The notes beneath the pieces are model-generated. The model was not told where the DNA came from and ran no database searches. It saw only the letters and a program-made list of their open reading frames with translations. Positions 20,826 through 30,400 of a stretch of DNA of 64,000 bases are shown here, in pieces. A program made the position numbers and the translations under genes. How positions within the stretch are numbered: position 1 is the first letter of the stretch; the number at the start of each line of letters is the position of its first letter. The stretch is from an uncultured Acidobacteriota bacterium (lineage in GTDB: Bacteria; Acidobacteriota; Thermoanaerobaculia; Multivoradales; UBA5704), in the NCBI GenBank assembly GCA_963700145.1, contig OY969474.1:4320001-4384000 (forward strand). The letters run 5' to 3'.

Positions 20826-22517
20826 ATGACGATGTCATTCCGCCTCCGGGCTCTGAACAGCGCGGCGTCGCGCGCCATTCCGCAGCTCCTGGGGATCGCG
20901 CTGCTGGCCGCCGCCTGCGCCTCGCAGCCTCCCCCCGCCGCGCCGGCCAAGGCGGAAAAACCCGACCCGCAGCAGCTCTTCGCCCCCGGCGGCGGCAAGA
21001 TCGTCCTCTCCCCCGAGGGGGACTGGTTCACGGACGAGAAGGGCGAGTACTACCTGGTGGAGGTGCAGCGCAAGCCGACCTTCAAGATCGCCGGCGACCG
21101 GGTGATGCTGCCGCCGGGCGCCGCGTTCGAGCTGGTCGAGGAGCGCGGAGATATTCTGGTCGTGAAGATCTACAACCCCGAGTCGCTCCCCGAGAACCCG
21201 TTGCGCGCGCCGGCCTCGGCGCCGGCGGCCCTGCTCGCCGATCTGGCGGAGCTCAAGGTCGGCGCCAGCGACCGCCTCCGGTTGGTGCCGTTCAACCGCG
21301 GGCTGCCGGGCCGCGGCCAGTGGCGCCAGGGGTTCGAGCTGGTGGACATCAACGGCGACGGCAACCTGGACATCGTCCACGGGCCGCCGCGCAAGAGCGA
21401 CGGCAAGCCGAGGATCTTCCTCGGCGACGGCGCCGGCGGATGGCGCCTCTGGCAGGAGGCGCGCTTCGAGGGCCTGCCATTGGATTACGGCGACGTCGCG
21501 GTGGCGGACTTCGACGGCGACGGCGCGCTCGACCTGGCGGTGGCGGTGCACCTGCGAGGCCTGCAGGTGCTGCGCGGCGACGGCCAGGGAACCTTCCGGC
21601 AGTGGGGCGAGGGACTGCCCTATTGGGCGCCCGGCATGGTCGGGGAGGTCCCCGAGTACTCGTCGCGCGCGGTCGAAGTGGTGGACTGGAACCGGGACGG
21701 GCGTCCCGATCTCTTGACCCTCGGCGAAGGCCCGCGGATCGTCCGCCAACCGGCCGCAACGCACCCGGGCTTCCGCCATGGCGCCCGCGGCGCGATCCTG
21801 TTCCTCAATGGTGGCGGCGGCAAGTGGGAACGCTACGACCAGGGGACCGGACGCGATCGCCTCTTCGGCGACGGTCTGGCGGTGGGCGACTTCAACGGCG
21901 ACGGACTCGCCGATTTCGCCATCGCCTCGCGGGTCAAGGGCGCGACCAAGATCGTGCAGCTCGGCAAGGCGGACGGGAGCTGGGAGGAGGTCTCGCTGGG
22001 CGACCTCGCCCGGCCGGGGGTCTACGCCGCCGTTCACGCGGCGGACCTCGACGGTGACGGCCGCGACGAGCTCCTCCTCGGCTACGTCGCCAGCGGCGGC
22101 GGCAGCAAGGAGTCCTGGACGGGGATCGACCTCGTCGAGCACGAAAACGGGAGCTGGCGCCGGACGGCCGTGGCGGCGGAGAAGGGGTACCTCGGGGGGG
22201 TCACGGCGCTCACCGCCGGCGACATCGACGGGGACGGCCGGCAGGACCTGGTGGCGCTGACCAGCTCGGGGGAGCGCTGGGTCCTGCTCGGCACCGCCAA
22301 CGGCGCCTTCGTGCGTGAAGCGAGCGCCGAGCTCGCGCCCACCGAGCCGCAGTGCCAGGGATACGAGGTGGGAGTGGCGAGCCTCGGCGGCGGGCGCGCG
22401 TTCGTGGTCATGGGCTTCGCCGGCGAGCCGGGGAGCGAGCAGATCTTCGACGTCGCGGCGGCAAAGACCTGCCCGAGCGAGGGGTCGCTGGAGGCCTGGA
22501 CGGCCGCGGCGAAATGA
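20826..22517 (+). CDS. FG-GAP/VCBS repeat beta-propeller lipoprotein
   Basis: Lipobox LLAAAC; repeated DxNGDGxxD / DFDGDG / DLDGDGRD motifs; AAGGAG SD. Confidence 0.88.
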   Translation: MTMSFRLRALNSAASRAIPQLLGIALLAAACASQPPPAAPAKAEKPDPQQLFAPGGGKIVLSPEGDWFTDEKGEYYLVEVQRKPTFKIAGDRVMLPPGAAFELVEERGDILVVKIYNPESLPENPLRAPASAPAALLADLAELKVGASDRLRLVPFNRGLPGRGQWRQGFELVDINGDGNLDIVHGPPRKSDGKPRIFLGDGAGGWRLWQEARFEGLPLDYGDVAVADFDGDGALDLAVAVHLRGLQVLRGDGQGTFRQWGEGLPYWAPGMVGEVPEYSSRAVEVVDWNRDGRPDLLTLGEGPRIVRQPAATHPGFRHGARGAILFLNGGGGKWERYDQGTGRDRLFGDGLAVGDFNGDGLADFAIASRVKGATKIVQLGKADGSWEEVSLGDLARPGVYAAVHAADLDGDGRDELLLGYVASGGGSKESWTGIDLVEHENGSWRRTAVAAEKGYLGGVTALTAGDIDGDGRQDLVALTSSGERWVLLGTANGAFVREASAELAPTEPQCQGYEVGVASLGGGRAFVVMGFAGEPGSEQIFDVAAAKTCPSEGSLEAWTAAAK

Positions 22518-22617
22518 ATTGTCGACAGGGCGCGGCGCTGCATCGATTGTCGTCTATACTCCCCCGTCCACGTGACCGCGGCTCCGATGGGAGTCGAATA
22601 AAGGGGGAGAGCATCTA

Positions 22618-23955
22618 ATGAAGAAGATTGCCGTCTGTCTGGCGCTGCTGAGCGCACTGGCCCTGGGGGGAGCGGCGCACGCCGAGATCTGCACGATCGA
22701 CGACGTGCCCGCGGCGACCCTGCTGTTGCCGTACTTCGAAGTCGACTTGAACAGCACCAACGGCGTCACCACGCTGTTTTCGGTCAACAACGCGTCGGCG
22801 TCGGCGGCGGTCGCCCACGTCACGGTGTGGACCGACCTGTCGGTGCCGGTGCTCGACTTCGACATCTATCTCACCGGCTTCGACGTCCAGACGATGAACA
22901 TGCGCGACATCGTCAACGGCATCCTGCCGTTCACCGCCGATAACGGCGCCGATATTCAGGACGGCCAAGACGACGACAGCCCGCAGGGTCCCCTGTCGCA
23001 GGACATCAACTTCCCGAATACGACGGGTCCCTGCCTGGACTCGGCGGGAGGAGCGTACGGACCGCTCAGCGCCTCCTTCGTCGAGGGCCACTTGAAGCCG
23101 GCCCTGACGGGCCACGCCTCGTCTCTGAGCAACTGCGTCGGCGTCGACTACGGCGACAACATCGCCCGCGGCTACGTCACGGTGGACACGGTGACGACGT
23201 GCAACCTCGACTTCCCGTCGCTGGGCGTCCCCTACTTCACCGGCGTCGCCGACTTCCGCAACTTGCTCTGGGGCGACTACTTCTACGTCGAGCCGGGCGA
23301 GAACTTCGCCCAGGGCGAGACGCTGGTCCACATCGAGGCCTGCTCGGGCGGGGCTCCCCCCTACATCGGCTTCGTCGGCAACGGCGCCGGCCACTGCCCG
23401 TTCGGGCCCGGCGACTTCACCTTCTACTCGCGCTACGTGTCGAACCTCGGCACCGACCAGCGCGAGGGCCTGGCCTCGCAGTTTGCGGTCCGCTACATCA
23501 CGGGCGGCCTGTTCGACGGCGGCACCGACTACATCGTCTGGCGCGACTCGCGCTCGACCGACATCATCGGTGGCTCGTGCCCGGCGGAGAACGACTTCGC
23601 CTGGTACCCGTTGAACCAGGACCTGGTGGTGGCCTTCGACGAGGAGGAGAACTCGGAGGAGCTGTGCTTCCTCGAGTCCGACGTCTCGCCGCCGACGGGT
23701 GGTCAGCAGACCTGCTTCCCGATCGAGACCGGCCGCTACAACGTCGAGGTCTCGGCGGTGCCGGGGAGCCAGAGCCTGGATCCGAGCTTCGACTTCGGCT
23801 GGATGTTCCTGGACCTGGACCTGACCTCGGCGCCGACCGGGGAGTCGCAGGCTTGGGTGACGGCGATCATGAGCGCCGAGGGCCGGTACTCGGTCGGCTT
23901 CGACGCCGTCCAGCTCGACAGCGTCTGCGAGAGCCTCGGTTTGTTGGTGCAGTAG
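22618..23955 (+). CDS. Secreted acidic Cys-rich protein, paralog 1 of 3 (candidate S-layer/surface protein)
   Basis: Signal peptide ending AHA; mature start EICTIDDVPAATLLLPYFEVDL; 10 conserved Cys; strongly biased codons. Confidence 0.85.
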   Translation: MKKIAVCLALLSALALGGAAHAEICTIDDVPAATLLLPYFEVDLNSTNGVTTLFSVNNASASAAVAHVTVWTDLSVPVLDFDIYLTGFDVQTMNMRDIVNGILPFTADNGADIQDGQDDDSPQGPLSQDINFPNTTGPCLDSAGGAYGPLSASFVEGHLKPALTGHASSLSNCVGVDYGDNIARGYVTVDTVTTCNLDFPSLGVPYFTGVADFRNLLWGDYFYVEPGENFAQGETLVHIEACSGGAPPYIGFVGNGAGHCPFGPGDFTFYSRYVSNLGTDQREGLASQFAVRYITGGLFDGGTDYIVWRDSRSTDIIGGSCPAENDFAWYPLNQDLVVAFDEEENSEELCFLESDVSPPTGGQQTCFPIETGRYNVEVSAVPGSQSLDPSFDFGWMFLDLDLTSAPTGESQAWVTAIMSAEGRYSVGFDAVQLDSVCESLGLLVQ

Positions 23956-23983
23956 GCAGCCACGAGCGGGGACGTTGAATCGC

Positions 23984-24025
23984 GGGGGCGGGTCGGCCGT
24001 GCGCCGGCCCGCCCCTTCGCGTTTT
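23984..24025 (+). terminator. Intrinsic terminator-like hairpin after paralog 1
   Basis: ggggcgggtcggc-loop-gccggcccgcccc followed by ttcgcgtttt. Confidence 0.7.
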
Positions 24026-24037
24026 GGCGGCCGTCGC

Positions 24038-24066
24038 TTGACAGCGCGCGACCGGGCAAGTAGGTT
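24038..24066 (+). promoter_or_regulatory. Sigma70-type promoter for paralog 2
   Basis: TTGACA-N17-TAGGTT. Confidence 0.7.
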
Positions 24067-24136
24067 GCGCCGGCTTTACCGAGACCGAACGCTAGGTGCT
24101 GTTCTCGGTCCATTCGGACCAAGGGAGATCGTCCAA

Positions 24137-25471
24137 ATGCTGAAGAAGATTGCCGTCTGTCTGGCGTTGCTGAGCGCGCTGGTCCTGGGGGGAACGGCGA
24201 ACGCCGAGATCTGCACGATCGACGACGTGCCCGCCGCGACCCTGTTGCTGCCGTACTTCGAAGTGGACTTGAACAGCACCAACGGCGTCACCACGCTGTT
24301 CTCGGTCAACAACGCGTCGGCAACGGCGATATTGGCCCACGTCACGGTGTGGACCGACCTGTCGGTGCCGGTGCTCGACTTCGACATCTACCTCACCGGC
24401 TTCGACGTGCAGACGATGAACATGCGCGACATCGTCAACGGCATCCTGCCGTTCACCGCCGACAGCGGCGCTGATAACTTCGTCGCGCCGCCAGATGACG
24501 TGAGCCCGAAGGGTCCCCTTTCGCAGGACATCAACTTCCCGGGCACCACGGGTCCCTGCCTGGACGCGCTGGGGGGGGCGTACGCGCCGCTCAGCGGCTC
24601 CTTCGTCAACGGTCACCTGAAGCCGGCCCTCACCGGCAACGCGTCGTCGCTGAGCAACTGCGTCGGCGTCGACTACGGCGACAACATTGCCCGCGGCTAC
24701 GTCACGGTGGACACGGTGTCGACATGCAACCTCGACTTCCCGTCGCTGGGCGTCCCCTACTTCACCGGCGTCGCCACCTTCCAGAACGTCCTCTGGGGCG
24801 ACTACTTCTATGTCGAGCCGGGCGAGAACTTCGCCCAGGGGGAGACGCTGGTCCACATCGAGGCCTGCCAGCCGGGCAACGGCTACATCGGCTTCGTCGG
24901 CAACGGCGCCGGCCACTGTCCGTTCGGGCCCGGCGACTTCACCTTCTACTCACGCTACGTCTCGAACCTCGGCACCGACCAGCGAGAGGGCCTGGCCTCG
25001 CAGTTCGCGGTGCGCTACATCACGGGCGGCCTGTTCGACGGCGGCACCGACTACATCGTCTGGCGCGACTCGCGTTCGACCGACATCATCGGCGGCGCGT
25101 GCCCGGCGGAGAACGACTTTGCCTGGTATCCGTTGAACCAGGACCTGGTGGTGGCCTTCGACGAGGAGGAGAACTCCGAGGAGCTGTGCTTCCTGGAATC
25201 CGACGTCTCGCCGCCGACGGGCGGACAGCAGACCTGCTTCCCGATCGAGACGGGCCGCTACAACGTCGAGGTCTCGGCGGTTCCGGGGAGCCAGAGCCTG
25301 GATCCGAGCTTCGACTTCGGTTGGATGTTCCTGGACCTGGACCTGACGTCGGTGGTGGAGTCGCAGGCTTGGGTGACGGCGGTGATGAGCGCCGAGGGCC
25401 GCTACAGCGTCGGCTTCGACGCCGTGCAGCTCGACAGCGTCTGCGAGGACCTCATCCTACTGGAGGACTAA
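24137..25471 (+). CDS. Secreted acidic Cys-rich protein, paralog 2 of 3
   Basis: Nearly identical to paralog 1; AAGGGAG SD before ATG 24137. Confidence 0.85.
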   Translation: MLKKIAVCLALLSALVLGGTANAEICTIDDVPAATLLLPYFEVDLNSTNGVTTLFSVNNASATAILAHVTVWTDLSVPVLDFDIYLTGFDVQTMNMRDIVNGILPFTADSGADNFVAPPDDVSPKGPLSQDINFPGTTGPCLDALGGAYAPLSGSFVNGHLKPALTGNASSLSNCVGVDYGDNIARGYVTVDTVSTCNLDFPSLGVPYFTGVATFQNVLWGDYFYVEPGENFAQGETLVHIEACQPGNGYIGFVGNGAGHCPFGPGDFTFYSRYVSNLGTDQREGLASQFAVRYITGGLFDGGTDYIVWRDSRSTDIIGGACPAENDFAWYPLNQDLVVAFDEEENSEELCFLESDVSPPTGGQQTCFPIETGRYNVEVSAVPGSQSLDPSFDFGWMFLDLDLTSVVESQAWVTAVMSAEGRYSVGFDAVQLDSVCEDLILLED

Positions 25472-25500
25472 GGGCGTCGAGGGAGCAGGTCGGAGCAAGG

Positions 25501-25540
25501 GGGTGGGTCGGCGGCGGGCCGGCCCGCCCTTTGCCGTTTT
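25501..25540 (+). terminator. Intrinsic terminator-like hairpin after paralog 2
   Basis: gggtgggtcggc-loop-gccggcccgccc followed by tttgccgtttt. Confidence 0.7.
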
Positions 25541-25549
25541 GGCCACCCC

Positions 25550-25579
25550 TTGACAGCACGAAGCGGGGGACAGTAGGCT
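25550..25579 (+). promoter_or_regulatory. Sigma70-type promoter for paralog 3
   Basis: TTGACA-N18-TAGGCT. Confidence 0.65.
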
Positions 25580-25812
25580 GCGCAAGCATATTCTGATGCG
25601 ACTAGGCGGTTCGGCGTTGCCGATCCGTGGAACGAAACTCTGGCAGTCCCTAAAACTTTGAACGGGAGGTGATGTTCTCGGTCGACTGGGTCGACTAACT
25701 GTGAGGAGGGGCAGGCGCAAGCCTGCGATTGGAGTCCGAGGGATGCAAATTCGTGCCTCCGGCATGCCAGAGGCAACACTGAACCGCGAATCCGAGTAAG
25801 GAGACAGTCTCC

Positions 25813-27219
25813 ATGTCCAAAAAGATCGTTACGTGTCTCGCCCTCGTGAGCCTGCTGGCTCTGGGCGGGCAGGCGGTCGCCGAGATCTGCACGATCGATG
25901 ACGTGCCGGCGGCGACCCTGCTGCTACCGTACTTCGAGGTCGACCTCAACAGCCCGAACGGCGTCACCACGCTGTTCTCCGTCAACAACGCGTCGGCGGC
26001 CCCCGCCATCGCGCACGTCACCGTGTGGACCGACCTGTCGGTGCCGGTGCTCGACTTCGACGTTTACCTCACCGGCTACGACGTCCAGACGATGAACATG
26101 CGCGACATCGTCAACGGCATCCTGCCGCAGACGCAGACCGAGCCGGGCGAGCCTGGAGGCTCGACGCCCGCCGATCCCTTCAGCCCCAATGGTGACCCGA
26201 CAGGCACGGTCCTCGGTGATCCTCTGGATCCGCCATTGCCATGGCCGCCCGCGCCGGCAGCCCCGATTCTAAGCCCGAGCGCATTCGGCCCCTGCGCCGG
26301 GGTCTACGGCCCGCTGAGCTCCGCCTTCGTCAACGGCCATCTGAAGCCGGCGCTCACCGGCCACGCCTCGTCGTTGGCCAACTGCGTCGGCGTCGATTAC
26401 GGCGACAACATCGCCCGCGGCTACGTGACGGTGGACTCGGTGAGCATCTGCAACCTCGACTTCCCGACGCGGGGCGTCCCCTACTTCACCGACGTGGTCG
26501 ACTTCCGCAACATCCTCTGGGGCGACTACTTCTACGTCGAGCCGGGTGAGAACTTCGCCCAGGGCGAGACGCTGGTCCACATCGAAGCCTGCACCCCGGG
26601 CAACGGCTACGACGGCTACGTCGGCAACGGCGCCGGCCACTGCCCGTTCACCGGCCAGGCCAGTCCCTTCACCTTCTACTCGCGCTACGTGACCGCATCA
26701 CCCGGCGTGGACGAGCGTGAGGGTCTCGCTTCGCAGTTCGCGGTGCGCTACATCACGGGCGGCCTGTTCGACGGCGGCACCGACTACATCGTCTGGCGCG
26801 ACTCGCGCTCGACGGACATCGTCGGCGGCGCGTGCCCGGCGGAGAACGACTTTGCCTGGTATCCGCTGAACCAGGACCTGGTGGTGGCCTTCGACGAGGA
26901 GGAGAACTCCGAGGAGCTGTGCTTCCTGGAGTCCGACGTCTCGCCGCCGACGGGTGGTCAGCAGACCTGCTTCCCGATCGAGACGGGCCGCTACAACGTC
27001 GAGGTCTCGGCGGTTCCGGGGAGCCAGAGCCTGGATCCGAGCTTCGACTTCGGCTGGATGTTCCTGGACCTGGACCTGACGTCGGCGCCGAGCGGAGAGT
27101 CGCAGGCCTGGGTGACGGCGGTCATGAGCGCCGAGGGCCGGTACAGCGTCGGCTTCGACGCCGTGCAGCTCGACAGCGTCTGCGAGGACGACCTCGCCAC
27201 CATCCTGCCGCCGGGTTAA
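25813..27219 (+). CDS. Secreted acidic Cys-rich protein, paralog 3 of 3, with a Pro-rich variable insertion
   Basis: Same conserved blocks as paralogs 1 and 2; TAAGGAG SD. Confidence 0.85.
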   Translation: MSKKIVTCLALVSLLALGGQAVAEICTIDDVPAATLLLPYFEVDLNSPNGVTTLFSVNNASAAPAIAHVTVWTDLSVPVLDFDVYLTGYDVQTMNMRDIVNGILPQTQTEPGEPGGSTPADPFSPNGDPTGTVLGDPLDPPLPWPPAPAAPILSPSAFGPCAGVYGPLSSAFVNGHLKPALTGHASSLANCVGVDYGDNIARGYVTVDSVSICNLDFPTRGVPYFTDVVDFRNILWGDYFYVEPGENFAQGETLVHIEACTPGNGYDGYVGNGAGHCPFTGQASPFTFYSRYVTASPGVDEREGLASQFAVRYITGGLFDGGTDYIVWRDSRSTDIVGGACPAENDFAWYPLNQDLVVAFDEEENSEELCFLESDVSPPTGGQQTCFPIETGRYNVEVSAVPGSQSLDPSFDFGWMFLDLDLTSAPSGESQAWVTAVMSAEGRYSVGFDAVQLDSVCEDDLATILPPG

Positions 27220-27308
27220 CCGTCGGCGACGTCAAGTAGTTCTCAAGTCGTTCTGTCGTCATGATCCCGGTCGGGGCCTTCGGGGCCTCGGCCGGGAGGA
27301 TGCGGAGA

Positions 27309-27347
27309 GGGTGGGTCGGCCACGGCCGGCCCACCCCTTCGCGTTTT
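27309..27347 (+). terminator. Intrinsic terminator-like hairpin after paralog 3
   Basis: gggtgggtcggc-cacg-gccggcccaccc followed by cttcgcgtttt; a cUUCGg hairpin lies just upstream at about 27266-27296. Confidence 0.7.
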
Positions 27348-27457
27348 CTGGGGGCTGCATTGCGCGGCATGTTGGTGTAGCATAGCGGCCCGGAACAGAC
27401 GGACACAGCTTCTGGTTGACCCGCCCGATGAGGCACAGACGTAGGGAGGAGCTTCCT

Positions 27458-30400
27458 TTGGTCAGCAGAAATCACTTCTCGAGCAGCCTCCTGGTGAGCC
27501 TTTGCGCCCTCGGGTTCGCCACCGTCGGCATCCCCGCGGCCCAGGCCGCCTGCCCCGCGAACACCGGAGCGGTCGGCGTTCCCGCCCCGTTCTGGGGGAG
27601 GCTGCAGCCCACCGATGTTGTAAGCGTCCCCGGCGATCGGGACACCACGGAGTACGTCGGCGGCAACCAGACCACCGACTGGAAGCACCCGCTCTTCTCG
27701 TCGCTCGACGTCGAAGGGGGATACGTCTTCACCTCCTACGCCTTCGGCCTCCACGTCTGGGACGCCACCGGCGAGAACGCCGCCGACCCCAAGCTGCGCG
27801 CCACCCGGGACCAGGGGAAAGGGGAGTTCCTCGAGAACATCGGCTACCAGGAGCAGCGCTGGCTGATGTGGGACATCGACGCGCCGCCGGGCAATTCGAA
27901 CCTCGTGGCCCTGTCCGGGATCGCGCCCTTCGGCCTGGCCGTCTGGGACACCACCAACAAGTCGGCCCCGAAGATCCTCTACCAGGACACCGGGCGCACC
28001 GCCTACGGGGTCTTCTCCACCACCCTGGGCGGCCGCCACTACGCCTTCGCCGCCTCCAATGGCGTCGGGGCGCCCCAGCAGGGGCTCCTGATGTACGACC
28101 TCAGCGCCGCCAAGGAGCGCTACGGCTCCGCCGCCGGCTGCAAGGAGGACAGCTCCGCCAGCACCTCGTGCGGCGTCTTCAAACAGCGCCTCGGCCCCGC
28201 GGACGGGTTCCAGTTCGTGGACGGCTTCACCACCGCCGCCGGCCGCACCTTCGTCGTGGCCACCGGCGGCTTCGGCTACTCGGCGGGAGTGAAGCTGTGG
28301 GAGGTGACCAACCCAAGCTCGCCAGTCGACCTTGGCCGCGTCTTCTCGACCCAGGCCTTGCACGGCGTCGCCGCGTGGGAGCAGGGAGGGCGGCAGTTCC
28401 TCGCCGTCCAACAGGTCAACGGCAACGCGCGCATCCACGAGATCACCGGCTGCCTCGACGGGGGCTGCTCGAACCCTCCCCAGCTCTGGGCTTCCGCCTG
28501 GCCCGCTACGCTCAAGCCGTTCGTGCGCTGGCTCACCTATTCGCAGGGCGGCGACGGCACGGGCTACCTGTACGTCGGCACCGAGCACGGGTGCATCGAA
28601 GAGGTGCAGGGCGAGTGGATCTACGACCTTTCGCACCTCACCAGCGGCGGCCCCGAGGAGATCACCCCGCCCCACACCGAGGTGATCGGCGGCAAGCAGG
28701 TCGGCTACTGGAGCCACTACTACCCGACGCGCAGCACGGGCTTCAACCGGGTCCACCCGCGCGTCGGCAAGGTCAACGGCACGCACTTCTACCGCGCCGC
28801 GTGGACGCTGTTCGACGTCCACCAATTGACGGACGTCGACCCGACGATCACGGTCACCGGGCCGGCCAACGGGTACCTCGACACCGCGGCCGCCTTCACG
28901 GCCACCGCGCTCGCCTGCACGCCGGACCCCGGCGGCTGGGGCTGGAGCACGGACGGGGGCACGGGCGCCGGCCTTTCGGCCACGGCGAACCTCACCTGGA
29001 GCGCCCTCGGGACCAAGACGGTGAGCGCCACCAACACGGGCTGCCCCGGCGCCACGGTGGTGCCGGCAGCGATCCAGGTCCTCGACCCGGCGCCGGCGCT
29101 GGCGAATGTTTCGGCCTCGCCGAACCCGGTCCTGGTCTGCCAGACCGTCACCCTGACGGCGAACACCGTCACCGGCAAGCCGCCGCTGACCTATGCGTGG
29201 ACGGTGACAGGACCCGATCCGACACCGGGCTTCACGTCGGCGAACACCAACCCGATCGCCTGGAACATCCCCTCCGACACGCTGCCCGGGACCTACACCG
29301 CGGCGGTCACCATCACCGGCACCGGGCCGCCCGCGGGTGACGACGTCACCGTCGAGGTCCTGGGGCTGCCTGACCTCCAGTTCACCGGCGACGCGAAGCC
29401 GACGGAGCAGAGCGTCGACCACGGCTCCGTCCAACTGACGATCGCCGGCAAGGAGCAGGGCGCGACCGAGTGGATCTGGGACTTCGGTGACGCCGGCGCC
29501 GGCGACTGCGGGGCCGGCTTCACGGAGATCGCTGGCGGCCGTTGCAGCTCGACCAACCCGGCTGTCGGACCGGTCGGGAAGTACGTCTACAAGGCGACCG
29601 GCACCTACGACGTGACCGTCACGATCGACAACTGTGTCGAGGAGCCGATCACCAGCAACGCCGAGCCGGTCATCATCACGCAGGTCGCGCCGCTCCTGAT
29701 CGTCACCTTCCAGGCGGCAGGGGCGAACTGCGTCGGCGGCGCCTGTCTCGTCGACAAGGGGCAGCCGGTCCCCTTCACCGTCGTGACCAGTGGCAATCCG
29801 ACGAGCTGGAGCGTGGTGTGGGGAGACGGCTCGACCAGCTCGGGGCCCGGCTCGCCCGTGGGACTTACCCACACCTACAACACCGTGAGCACGTTCACGC
29901 CCACTCTGACGATCACCCGCGGCAGCGAGTCGAAGGACAAGACGCACCCGAACATCGTGGTCGCCAACCCGTCGCCCCCCTCGATCAACGTCGCGGGGCC
30001 AGCGTCCGGGCAGCCCAACCAGTCCATGACCTTCACCGCCTCGGCCTCCAACTGCTCGGTGGCGGCGAATGGTTGGAGCTGGTCGGTGACCGGAGTGAGC
30101 GTGGCGGACACCGACAACCAGATCAGCGTCTCGTTCCCTTCGGTGGGGAGCAAGACGGTCACGGCGCAGAACAGCGCCTGCGGCAGCACCCAGGGGAGCA
30201 GGAGCGTCTCGATCAGCGAGCCTGGTGGTGGCGGTGGTGGCGGCGGTGGCAGCACCTTGAAAGCCAACTTCACCTTCAGCCCGGCGGCGCCCGCACCGGG
30301 GACGCCGGTGACCTTCGACGCCGGCCCCTCGACGGGTGCGAACCTGGCCTACTACTGGGAGCTCCCGGGCAAGACCGCGATCGAGAAGGTGGTCACGCAC

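Noticed and set aside
25738-25765. gggatgcaaa...gcctccggc resembles part of a c-di-GMP-I riboswitch
   Set aside because: The upstream GAAA-tetraloop stem and expected spacing are missing; it cannot be supported without an Infernal search.
22618-27219. Diversity-generating retroelement or invertible cassette as the explanation for the paralogs
   Set aside because: No reverse transcriptase or recombinase in the window; differences are not adenine-specific; all copies are full-length direct repeats.
30224-30250. GGT/GGC run as a phase-variable simple repeat
   Set aside because: In-frame poly-Gly linker with mixed codons; slippage would not shift the frame.
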